Below, in pieces: positions 37,332 through 46,660 of a stretch of 64,000 bases of DNA. Every line of letters starts with the position of its first letter. The stretch's first letter is position 1. The DNA lies in NCBI GenBank assembly GCA_965205975.1, contig OZ242195.1, positions 1,952,001-2,016,000 of the forward strand, in the 5' to 3' direction. The notes below the pieces were generated by a model. That model saw nothing but the letters and a program-made list of their open reading frames with translations. It was not told the origin of the DNA and did not search any database. The position numbers and the translations under genes are program-made. The DNA is from Candidatus Latescibacterota bacterium. Lineage in GTDB: Bacteria > Latescibacterota > UBA2968.

Positions 37332-38153
37332 TCACCCATGAAAAACCTGCACTTGATCGGACGCTTTGCCCGACACAGTCGCGGGATCGAGTGCGCCTTC
37401 TCCAAAGAGGCGCGGAAACGTCTGACCAGTCTTCAAAGAACGCGTTCGCGCATCCATATAAGTCGCACTAAAAGCGCGTCGGGACGACGGAGTCGAATTG
37501 AGAGCCGAACGGTGGAGCAAAAAATTGTGCAGCAGAATAGCCTCTCCCGCCTCGGTCTCCAGATCGATCACATCCTCTGGCCCGGCATACCTGGCCTGAT
37601 CCTCTTCAGAAGTATAGTGCCGCTCATTGAGAATACCCAGATTATTGCTACCCGGCACAATCTGCATACAGCCACTGGCAACAGTGGCAGCATCCAACCC
37701 CGTCCACACCGTGATAATTGGATTGGTATCAATCCCCCAACCCACGCCGATATCCTGATGCCAGGGCAAAATCGTACCGCTCTCAGCGGGTTTATTCATA
37801 AACATAGAGCGAAAAACCGAAACATTTTCGCCGATATAGCGACGGGTAATCTGGCGGATAAGGGGATGCTGCATATAAGTGAGAAAGAGCGGATCCTGTT
37901 CCAGATCATCGATACGTCGATAATGGAGCGTCGGCTCCTGATTCCCCAGCGTGCGATCCATTCTGACGTCAGGCGTTTTGGGATTGAGCTGAAAGCGCAT
38001 ATTCTCGTAACGGACGCGCCCCAGCATAATATCGTCAATGCGCTGCTGCAGTGCAGCCAGTTCCCCAGGCGACAGGAGATGCCCCAGACGCAGATATCCC
38101 TCAGCCATAAACTGTTCGTGGTGCGAATCTTCAAACGAAGTGAGAGGATTCAC
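37332..38153 (-). CDS. Phytanoyl-CoA dioxygenase family protein
   Basis: GTG start after AGGAGG. WHQD, LDAAT..SGC..IVPGS, LLHRS..N, RR. Confidence 0.88.
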   Translation of the reverse strand: MNPLTSFEDSHHEQFMAEGYLRLGHLLSPGELAALQQRIDDIMLGRVRYENMRFQLNPKTPDVRMDRTLGNQEPTLHYRRIDDLEQDPLFLTYMQHPLIRQITRRYIGENVSVFRSMFMNKPAESGTILPWHQDIGVGWGIDTNPIITVWTGLDAATVASGCMQIVPGSNNLGILNERHYTSEEDQARYAGPEDVIDLETEAGEAILLHNFLLHRSALNSTPSSRRAFSATYMDARTRSLKTGQTFPRLFGEGALDPATVSGKASDQVQVFHG

Positions 38154-38330
38154 AGTGTGACCTCCTCGAAGATTGGACTTGTGTGGATTGACTTTCAAAC
38201 TATCACCGGGACTCGCCAGAAGCAACTGAAAAACGCCCAGTCCTGCGAAACGGCCCTGCTTGACAGAGAATAAATCTCTATACATGATGCCTATACTACA
38301 AATCTCCAATCACCAGAAAGGCGGGAAACC

Positions 38331-39707
38331 ATGAGCAATGTGAGAGAATTCGGAGCCAGAGGGGATGGGATCACCGACGATACCAAAGCAATTGAAGACA
38401 CGCTGGCAAAAGGAGATGGAACGCTACAATTTCCAAAAGGCGACTATCTCATTACTCACACGATTAACGTAAACTTAGCCGACAGCGGACGGATAAGCAT
38501 AGATGGATCAGGAGGCACAGCAAAAATCCTCATGGGTAGTGCAGGACCCGCCTTTCACATCACGGGCACACACAGACGATCAGCCGATCCCAAAACCTTT
38601 GAGCCGCGCGTCTGGACCCACGAAAGAATGCCCACAATATCAAACCTGGAGATCGAAGGCAAACACCCGGAAGCAGATGGCTTCTTGCTAACAGGCACCA
38701 TGCAGGCGACCTTTGAAGGCGTACTCTTGAGGAAGCTAAACCACGCCATCCACATACGCGCCCGCGCCCGAAATGTGCTTATCTCCCACTGCCATATACA
38801 CGACAACCGCGGTGCAGGCATCTTTCTCGACCATGTAGATCTACATCAAATCATCGTAACGGGTTCCCACATAAGCTATTGCAAACGCGGAGGCATCAAA
38901 ATCATCGGCTCACAAATCCGCAACTTGCAAATCACCGGCAACGACATCGAATACAACTTCGACAAAGAAACAGACCGATCCGCAGACATCTGGATCGACA
39001 CCAGCGACGGAGTCTCCTCAGTCCGCGAAGGCACCATATCGGGCAACACCATCCAGGCAAAACCCTCGCCAGGAGGCGCGAATATATTGATGATCGGCCA
39101 CTCTCCCCAAACGAATAACAAAGTAGGCATGTTCACCATCGCGGGAAATTTGATCGGCTCGCAACAAAATAACATCCACCTCATTGCAGCCAGAGGCGTC
39201 ACCATCACGGGAAATGCGATCTACAATGGAGTCAACAGAAACCTCCTGGTGGAACACGCGCAAAACATCGTAATCGGCAGCAACAGCTTTGATCACAATC
39301 CCGATTACGGTCCCTCGCGCTGCACTGGCGTCCAATTTATAAACAGCACAGACAGTATTATGAGCGGATCAACGCTTCAAGAATTCAAAGGCATTCAGGA
39401 TGAAGAAGACGATCGTCAGGGTCTATTGGAAATTATCCGTTGCGCCCGACTCACTGTAAACGGCTGCCAGACCCTGGACGGCTATCCCAGCGCAATATAC
39501 GTATCCAACTCCGACGACACCAGCATCACCGGATGTACACTACTCGAAAGGCGGAAACAAAAAGAAACCGTTTCAACCATCCGCTGGAACGGCACAGGCA
39601 GTGGCAATTTATTGAGCAACAACCGAATCGGAAACGGCACAGCAGGTGCATTATCCATAGACAAAGCTGCTGGCGTTCAAACCAGCCATAATCGGATGGA
39701 TAACTAA
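38331..39707 (+). CDS. Right-handed parallel beta-helix protein (pectate-lyase-3-like N-terminus)
   Basis: NVREFGARGDGITDDTKAI, FPKGDY, repeated ITGN/ISGN units; no signal peptide. Confidence 0.85.
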   Translation: MSNVREFGARGDGITDDTKAIEDTLAKGDGTLQFPKGDYLITHTINVNLADSGRISIDGSGGTAKILMGSAGPAFHITGTHRRSADPKTFEPRVWTHERMPTISNLEIEGKHPEADGFLLTGTMQATFEGVLLRKLNHAIHIRARARNVLISHCHIHDNRGAGIFLDHVDLHQIIVTGSHISYCKRGGIKIIGSQIRNLQITGNDIEYNFDKETDRSADIWIDTSDGVSSVREGTISGNTIQAKPSPGGANILMIGHSPQTNNKVGMFTIAGNLIGSQQNNIHLIAARGVTITGNAIYNGVNRNLLVEHAQNIVIGSNSFDHNPDYGPSRCTGVQFINSTDSIMSGSTLQEFKGIQDEEDDRQGLLEIIRCARLTVNGCQTLDGYPSAIYVSNSDDTSITGCTLLERRKQKETVSTIRWNGTGSGNLLSNNRIGNGTAGALSIDKAAGVQTSHNRMDN

Positions 39708-39717
39708 GGAGATAAAC

Positions 39718-40833
39718 TTGTCTTTAAAACCCGACCACTCAAAAGTCCCTGGCGTTGTGATTGATCACAGACCCGCCAGTACAAAACAATACGTGGGTAG
39801 CCCGAGCATCGTCATCATGCCCAACGGCGATTATATCGCATCCTATGATCTTTTTGGACCGGGCACAAATTACGACCGCATGGCTGTATTTCGTTCGCGC
39901 GACAAAGGGGAAACCTGGACTCAAATATCCGAACTGATCGGTCAGTGGTGGTCCAACCTTTTTTTGCACAAAGGCGACCTCTATTTGCTCGGCACAAGCC
40001 GCGAATATGGCTATGCCGTAATTCGGCGATCTACGGACGGGGGTAAAACCTGGACAGTACCAAAAGACAAACGCACCGGACAAATCTCTACTGAGGATCG
40101 CTATCACTGTGCCCCAATGCCCGTCGTCGCCCACAATGGATATCTCTGGCGCGCATTTGAATTGGCACATGGTCCGCGAGAAGAGTGGAAAGCGCAGGTT
40201 CTTTCCGTACCCGAAGATGCAGACCTGCTCCAGGCTAAAAATTGGCGATTCAGCGAAGCGTATCAACACCTCTGGTCAAGTTCACAGTGGATTGAAGGCA
40301 ATATCGCGATCACGCCAGATAACAAACTGGTAAACATCTTGCGTTCAAATCTACGAAATGTCTCGCCCGAAGAGATACAGACGGGAAGCGATAAAGCGGC
40401 TATTTTGCACATCTCGGAAGATGGAAAAACACTGACACACGACCGGGACAGAGACCTGATCGATTTCCCGGGTGGCGGTGTAAAATTCACAATTCGATTT
40501 GACGATCAAACACAGCGCTATTGGTCGCTGGGATGCAAACAAACCAATCCGCCAGCATACCGAAATATACTGGTCTTGACCTCGTCTGAAAATTTGCAAA
40601 CCTGGCGAATCGAATCCGTGATCTTGCACCATCCCGATCCAGATAAACACGCATTTCAATACGTTGACTGGCAATTTGAAGAAAACGATCTAATCGTGGC
40701 ATCTCGCACAGCTTATGACGATGGCCTGGGCGGCGCGCACAACGCGCATGATGCGAATTATATGACATTCCACCGAATTGAAAATTTCAGAGATCGAACA
40801 ATAGACGACCCGCCCTTAAATGAGAAAGAGTAG
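39718..40833 (+). CDS. BNR/Asp-box (sialidase-fold) protein
   Basis: SRDKGETW and STDGGKTW Asp boxes, GSPSI, FQYVDW. Confidence 0.82.
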   Translation: MSLKPDHSKVPGVVIDHRPASTKQYVGSPSIVIMPNGDYIASYDLFGPGTNYDRMAVFRSRDKGETWTQISELIGQWWSNLFLHKGDLYLLGTSREYGYAVIRRSTDGGKTWTVPKDKRTGQISTEDRYHCAPMPVVAHNGYLWRAFELAHGPREEWKAQVLSVPEDADLLQAKNWRFSEAYQHLWSSSQWIEGNIAITPDNKLVNILRSNLRNVSPEEIQTGSDKAAILHISEDGKTLTHDRDRDLIDFPGGGVKFTIRFDDQTQRYWSLGCKQTNPPAYRNILVLTSSENLQTWRIESVILHHPDPDKHAFQYVDWQFEENDLIVASRTAYDDGLGGAHNAHDANYMTFHRIENFRDRTIDDPPLNEKE

Positions 40834-40850
40834 CTCTCGGAGAGGATACA

Positions 40851-42494
40851 ATGAAAGCAATTCACAACCTGCAGCCAGACAGGATATTTTACAATGGCAA
40901 CCTGATCACCATGGCCGATCACAAAGGGACTGCGGTTGCCGTGTTGAAAGGATCTATATGCGCTGTGGGATCTGATCGTGAAATTATCGACCTTGCAGGT
41001 CCCAACACCGAACTTACCGACCTGGCGGGAAAAACCCTGCTACCCGGATTTTACGACACACATGGACATTTTCCAAGCGCGGGCCTCGTGGCTGTTTCCT
41101 CTGTAAATTGCAATTCTCCGCCGATGGGACCCGTGGAAAAAATCGATGATATTGTCCAGCTATTGGCAGAACGCGCCAAAGACGTACCAGAGGACCAGTG
41201 GGTATTGGGCAGAGGCTACGACGATACCTTACTGGAGGAGAAACGACACCCCACACGAACAGACCTGGATCGCGCTTCGCAGAACCATCCGATTTGCATC
41301 GTCCACACCTCAGGCCATTTTGCTGCAGCAAACACACGCGCATTAGAACGCGCCGGAGTCCATTCCGACACGCCCAATCCAACGGGTGGCGTGATTCGCA
41401 AAGACCTCATCACGGGTGAGCCGGATGGTGTCCTGGAAGAGACCGCAATGCGCCCGGTGAGAAATCTGATCCCCCCATTGGACGAAGCCCAGTGGTTTGA
41501 GGGATTGGAGATCGCGGTAAATGAATATGTCCGTGAAGGCGTAACCTCCGTAGTAATCGCTGGCTGTACTCGCCGCGACATTGCGCGCCTGCAAACAGCC
41601 ATCGACAGCGGCAAGCTACCCCTGCGCATGGTTTGCATGACCGGGAAAAGCAAGCCCGGTCAGCAGTCGATTCTGGAGACAAGCGGATTAAAAACGGGCT
41701 TTGGAACAGACCGCTTGCGATTGGGTGCGGTAAAAATGTTTCAGGATGGATCAATCCAGGGCTATACGGGTTATCTGAGCAAACCCTATCACGAACCATT
41801 TATGGGCGATACTCAGTATCGCGGTTATCCGATGCGAAGCCGAGAAGCATTGGTAGAGATGGTAGATGAAGCTCATAGAGCTGGTAAGCAGATTGCGATA
41901 CACGGCAATGGAGACGCGGCAATCGACGATATTTTATCTGCCTACGAACAGGCACAACAAAAAACGCCCCGCACAGATACGCGGCATCGCATAGAACACT
42001 GTCAAACAGTCAGAGAAGATCAGCTCGATAAAATGCAGACACTGGGCGTAACCCCCTCTTTTTTTGTTCAGCACACCTATTACTGGGGCGACCGCCACGA
42101 AGCGATCTTTTTGGGACCCGAGCGCGCGCATCGAATCAGCCCACTGAAATCGGCGTCCGACCGTGGAATCCGCTTTACCATCCACAACGACTCGCCAGTA
42201 ACACCTACCAAATCGCTCTTTTCCGTCTGGTCCGCAGTGAACCGCCTATCGCGCAGTGGACAGTGCATGGGCGAAGCACAGCGGATCGATCTTGAACTGG
42301 CATTTCGGGCAATCACTATTGACGCTGCCTGGCAGAATTTTGAAGAAGATGCAAAAGGATCGATAGAGGTTGGCAAGCTGGCGGACTTCGTAGTTTTAGA
42401 ATCAGATCCATTCGCAGGAGATATATTGGATGTGAAGGATATTGATATAATGGAGACAATTGTGGGAGGCAAAACAGTATATCGAAAAGCGTGA
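40851..42494 (+). CDS. YtcJ-like metal-dependent amidohydrolase
   Basis: DLAGKTLLPGFYDTHGH, K.FQDGS, HGNGD.A, RIEHCQ, GSIEVGKLADFVVL. Confidence 0.92.
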   Translation: MKAIHNLQPDRIFYNGNLITMADHKGTAVAVLKGSICAVGSDREIIDLAGPNTELTDLAGKTLLPGFYDTHGHFPSAGLVAVSSVNCNSPPMGPVEKIDDIVQLLAERAKDVPEDQWVLGRGYDDTLLEEKRHPTRTDLDRASQNHPICIVHTSGHFAAANTRALERAGVHSDTPNPTGGVIRKDLITGEPDGVLEETAMRPVRNLIPPLDEAQWFEGLEIAVNEYVREGVTSVVIAGCTRRDIARLQTAIDSGKLPLRMVCMTGKSKPGQQSILETSGLKTGFGTDRLRLGAVKMFQDGSIQGYTGYLSKPYHEPFMGDTQYRGYPMRSREALVEMVDEAHRAGKQIAIHGNGDAAIDDILSAYEQAQQKTPRTDTRHRIEHCQTVREDQLDKMQTLGVTPSFFVQHTYYWGDRHEAIFLGPERAHRISPLKSASDRGIRFTIHNDSPVTPTKSLFSVWSAVNRLSRSGQCMGEAQRIDLELAFRAITIDAAWQNFEEDAKGSIEVGKLADFVVLESDPFAGDILDVKDIDIMETIVGGKTVYRKA

Positions 42495-42526
42495 TAACGA
42501 CCGCAAAATACAATCATTTAAAAAGG

Positions 42527-42566
42527 AAAGAACGGCAACTTTTCAGCAGTTTGCCGTTCTTTTTTT
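42527..42566 (+). terminator. Intrinsic terminator
   Basis: aaagaacggcaa...ttgccgttcttt plus T-run. Confidence 0.8.
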
Positions 42567-42601
42567 AGTGATTACAATATGTCGGACAGAATTCATTTCG
42601 C

Positions 42602-42630
42602 TTGCATTTGAAAATCAAGTTCCTTAATAT
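42602..42630 (+). promoter_or_regulatory. Sigma70-type promoter of the second TBDR operon
   Basis: TTGCAT-17-TAATAT followed by a very AT-rich leader and GGAGG RBS. Confidence 0.55.
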
Positions 42631-42712
42631 ATTAAAGTAAAATATTTTATTTTTTAAATAAGTTTTAAAATTATAGAACAAAATAAAAAATAATATCATA
42701 TAGGGAGGTCAA

Positions 42713-43411
42713 ATGAAAAATGTATTCTCGATTTTATGCATTGTCGTGCTGTTGCCAAATGCGCAGGCAACAGCACGAGAAGGTGCTTTTGGCGCTGGCG
42801 GATTTTTCGACTTCTACATTCCCGTCTTTAACTTCAAAGATATGTACGATAGTGGTACAAAATTTGGAGGCACAGCGCATTATATTTATCACAAGCGCAA
42901 GATGGCCGAAGTAGAATTTCACCATGCCCGCTTTAACAATGGCAGCCTTGAAACACGCACCTTCAGTTTCAGCGACGGTAAAGAGTACACCAGCCCACAG
43001 GCCGAAGCCAACATGACCATTAACAGCATCAATGCCAACTGGCTATTTGCACTGCGGGAACAGGGGTTTGGCCAGGGCACAACGCTCTATCTCACATTTG
43101 GCGCGGGCCTTCACGATTATTCCAGCAAAGTCAGCGGTCTGATCTTTGCCGGTCAAACACCATCGGGTGCCGGTGCGCCCCCCGACCCAACCATCCTCCT
43201 GGAACCCATCAACGACACGCGCACAGCCTTTAGTGCCAGCTTTGGCGGCGGGGTTCAAATCGGTATGGGAGACAAAGCCGCGTTAGATGTGCGTGTACGC
43301 TATAATGTTGTAATGGGGGAGTTGCGCCCTTTCCTTGTTTGGGGCATTGAAAAAACATATCCCTTCAACCTCATTGATATCGGTGCAGGTATCAAATTCA
43401 ACTTAAATTAA
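42713..43411 (+). CDS. Small outer-membrane beta-barrel protein
   Basis: Signal peptide; shares FHH.....G.LE..TF, YxSPxA and GELRP...W with 14873-15565. Confidence 0.75.
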   Translation: MKNVFSILCIVVLLPNAQATAREGAFGAGGFFDFYIPVFNFKDMYDSGTKFGGTAHYIYHKRKMAEVEFHHARFNNGSLETRTFSFSDGKEYTSPQAEANMTINSINANWLFALREQGFGQGTTLYLTFGAGLHDYSSKVSGLIFAGQTPSGAGAPPDPTILLEPINDTRTAFSASFGGGVQIGMGDKAALDVRVRYNVVMGELRPFLVWGIEKTYPFNLIDIGAGIKFNLN

Positions 43412-43423
43412 GGAGAGCCGCGA

Positions 43424-46400
43424 ATGAAACGAATCGTTATGATTTTCACACTTCTGTGTTTAGCCTCTCACCTCCAGGCAGGCACCACGGGTAAAATCGC
43501 TGGTATCATCAAAGACGATCGGGGCAATCCGCTTCCCGGCACTAATGTAATCGTAGAAGGCACGCGACTCGGTGCTGTGGCAGATGCCGACGGCAGCTAT
43601 TTTATCATCAATATCCTGCCGGGAAGATACACACTCACGGCCTCGCTTATCGGATATACCAATCAAACCCAGAGCGATGTATCGGTCAAAACGGATTTCA
43701 CCACGCCTCTCAACTTTGAACTCAAAGAAACCACAGTCGAATTAGCCGAGCTCACAGTCGTGGCCGAACGCCCACCCGTGGAAAAAGACAAAACCACGAG
43801 CAAATACATCATGGGCGGTGATGCGATTGATCGGCTATCTACAGCGGCAAATACCTCAGAACTCATGAGCCTTCAGGCCGGTGTCTCTCTCGACAACAAC
43901 GAACCCGCCATTCGCGGCAGCTATCAGGGCAACCGCGGCACCTCGGAAACACTTGTCTATGTGGATGGCGTTGTCATGGATGCGGGCACTGCCCGGGGCG
44001 ACGTTCAATTTGTCGGTGTCAACAGTGCCGCCGTGCAAGAAATTACCGTCATCACTGGCGGAATGGAGGCCGAATACGGCAATGCCACATCCGGTGCCAT
44101 TCACATCATCACCCGCGAAGGCGGCAAAAATTTTCACGGCAAGAGCCGCCTCACCTATATTCCGCCCGGCAAAAAACACTGGGGTGGCAATGTCTATGAC
44201 AGTCCCATCCACAAAGGCAGAATGAAATGGGGCGATGCGACCTGGGAAAATGAAACATACACAGACCCCGGTCCAGACCGCCAGATGGGAACGGGCGACG
44301 ACATCACCCGCCTGGCGCACGAGCGCACGGACTATACCGGCATTCACGGTTATGAAGTCGATGGGGCTCTCTCGGGTCCATTGCTGGGAAATGCTTCCTT
44401 TTTTGTCACCGCACAGCACGAGGGGCAAGCCTCGCATTTTCCCTCCCCCACCAAACGCGGCATCTTCCATCAGGCCGTCTCAACATCTCCACAAACCGCC
44501 CGCTGGATCGAATCGCCCTACAACATCAAAGGCACCTACAAGCTGGGATGGGATGTACAATCCAACATAAAGGTTAAAGTCGGTGGGGTTTATGCACGCC
44601 ACGAAGCCTATCAAGTTGGCGAGGGTGAAAGCTGGGTACAGGGCGTCAAACGCACCGTTGGTCGAGAACTTCAGGGCATCGACATTTTCCTGCCCGCAGA
44701 AGAAGCTGGCGCGGGCATCGCCAACGTCAAACACGACCTGGCATACATATCCCTCACGCATACCCTGAGCAACAAAACTTTTTACGAAGCCCGGCTATCC
44801 TATTACCGGGACGCCACGGACACGACCAATGTGCCCGGTGTCACCAGCCAATTTGGCGGCGGCATTACAGAACCGCTCAGAAAAGATCAGGACGGGGTAT
44901 TCACCATTGGCCCCAGGCGGGTCTCCATCTGGATCAACGACCATCGCGCCCGCCTCAACTTCAAACTCGATTATTCCAGCCAGATCAACAAGAACCACTT
45001 CATCAAAACCGGCATTGACCTGACGCGACACACCTACTGGTGGAACCAGATCAACTGGCCTCAGGCGGGCAAATCGCGCTATCAGCTCGCGGGCGTGCCC
45101 TACGAAATGGGCGAACCCATTAACCCCATCCAATCCGCCTTCTACCTCCAGGACAAAATGGAATTCGAAGGCATCATCGTCAACCTGGGCATCCGCTACG
45201 ACAGACATGACCACAATGGCGATTTTTACTCTCCACTTGCCAACAATGCCTGGGGCGGAGCCCCCATGACCAACTCGTGGTCGCGACAGCGCAAATTTAT
45301 GCCGCGCACCTCTGTATCGACCAAATCGGCATGGAGTCCTCGCCTGGGTGTTTCACACCCCATTACGGCCAGTGCCATCATTCGATTTTCCTACGGTATC
45401 TTTCACCAGATGCCCGGATTCTGGCACCTCTATTCCTATGAATGGCGCGGCGTTGCCCCTCCCGAAGACTTCAACAACAATGGACAGATCGACGATACCG
45501 AATGGCTGAACAAAAACAACCAGCGAGCCACTACGGGCAACCCCCATCTCGACTACAAACGCTCCACCAATTTCGAGGTGGGTACAGACTGGAACTTCTA
45601 TCAGGATTATGTCCTGAGCTTTACGACTTATCAGCAAAGTGTAGATGGTCAGGTTCGATTTGGCAATGCCCTGTGGCGAGATCCCAGTCGCAAAAGTCAG
45701 GTGGGGCGCAACACACCGCTGGGCTATGTCTTTACAGACAATCGCGGATTTGAAATGAGCCTGCGAAAGGACTTCAGCCAGAACTTCTCCTTCCAGGTCG
45801 CGTACAACCACCAGTGGCAGTCGGGAGGTAATGCGGGAATCAACCGGATTATTTACTTCCCCAACTCGCAATTTGTCGCATCCGATCTCTATTTCGTCCA
45901 GCACACCAAAGACACCAATGGCGATGGCGTAGTCAATGCCAGCGACGACGGTTCAGAAGCAAAAGTGCCGCTCACATCGCAGCAGATTCAGGACATCGGT
46001 GCCGAGGCAGACCGCTATATCCAGACCATCCGAGAAGGCACCAACCCAGACTGGAATCCGCTGACCGACAGCGAGATTCAGGAAGTGGAAAATCTTCCAG
46101 GCGTCTTTTACTTCACCCGCAACACCACCTCTGATCGCAGTGCGGGTCGCGGGGGCCGCGCAGAAACCGCTGGTTTTGGCGACCGACGCGGCACCATGAA
46201 AATCGCGTTTACGTATGAAACGCCAATGCATTACGGCCCAGCCCTCGGCGGCTTCAGACTCAATTTGATCAACACCTTGAAAACGGGACGCCGAATCAGC
46301 ATTCCGCATCCCACACAGGGCAATGTCGAGCGATTTGGACCTATGGAAACCAAGACCCACCTGTCTTTGGAAAAACGCTTCCGCACAGGTCGAACCGAAG

Positions 46401-46645
46401 CCACCCTGTTTATGAACGTGTACAACTTCTTCAACCAGCGCGACCCGGCCACCGAATATTTCTGGCGCGGTCCCTGGTTTGATCGACACAATCAGGGCCC
46501 ACAGGCCGAACTCTGGTATCTCTACGGCATGGACATGCCCAAACCCACGGACAACAATTATATCCAATACGGCGATACCAAAGAATACCACCGCTGGGCA
46601 GGACGACCTCGAGAGATCAGCGTAGGTCTCCAGCTCGGATTTTAA
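43424..46645 (+). CDS. TonB-dependent receptor
   Basis: GTTGKIAG, IRGS, TGGMEAEYGNA.SG, YLQDKMEF, SPRLGVSHPI, C-terminal F. Confidence 0.93.
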   Translation: MKRIVMIFTLLCLASHLQAGTTGKIAGIIKDDRGNPLPGTNVIVEGTRLGAVADADGSYFIINILPGRYTLTASLIGYTNQTQSDVSVKTDFTTPLNFELKETTVELAELTVVAERPPVEKDKTTSKYIMGGDAIDRLSTAANTSELMSLQAGVSLDNNEPAIRGSYQGNRGTSETLVYVDGVVMDAGTARGDVQFVGVNSAAVQEITVITGGMEAEYGNATSGAIHIITREGGKNFHGKSRLTYIPPGKKHWGGNVYDSPIHKGRMKWGDATWENETYTDPGPDRQMGTGDDITRLAHERTDYTGIHGYEVDGALSGPLLGNASFFVTAQHEGQASHFPSPTKRGIFHQAVSTSPQTARWIESPYNIKGTYKLGWDVQSNIKVKVGGVYARHEAYQVGEGESWVQGVKRTVGRELQGIDIFLPAEEAGAGIANVKHDLAYISLTHTLSNKTFYEARLSYYRDATDTTNVPGVTSQFGGGITEPLRKDQDGVFTIGPRRVSIWINDHRARLNFKLDYSSQINKNHFIKTGIDLTRHTYWWNQINWPQAGKSRYQLAGVPYEMGEPINPIQSAFYLQDKMEFEGIIVNLGIRYDRHDHNGDFYSPLANNAWGGAPMTNSWSRQRKFMPRTSVSTKSAWSPRLGVSHPITASAIIRFSYGIFHQMPGFWHLYSYEWRGVAPPEDFNNNGQIDDTEWLNKNNQRATTGNPHLDYKRSTNFEVGTDWNFYQDYVLSFTTYQQSVDGQVRFGNALWRDPSRKSQVGRNTPLGYVFTDNRGFEMSLRKDFSQNFSFQVAYNHQWQSGGNAGINRIIYFPNSQFVASDLYFVQHTKDTNGDGVVNASDDGSEAKVPLTSQQIQDIGAEADRYIQTIREGTNPDWNPLTDSEIQEVENLPGVFYFTRNTTSDRSAGRGGRAETAGFGDRRGTMKIAFTYETPMHYGPALGGFRLNLINTLKTGRRISIPHPTQGNVERFGPMETKTHLSLEKRFRTGRTEATLFMNVYNFFNQRDPATEYFWRGPWFDRHNQGPQAELWYLYGMDMPKPTDNNYIQYGDTKEYHRWAGRPREISVGLQLGF

Positions 46646-46660
46646 CTGAGGAGCAATAAC

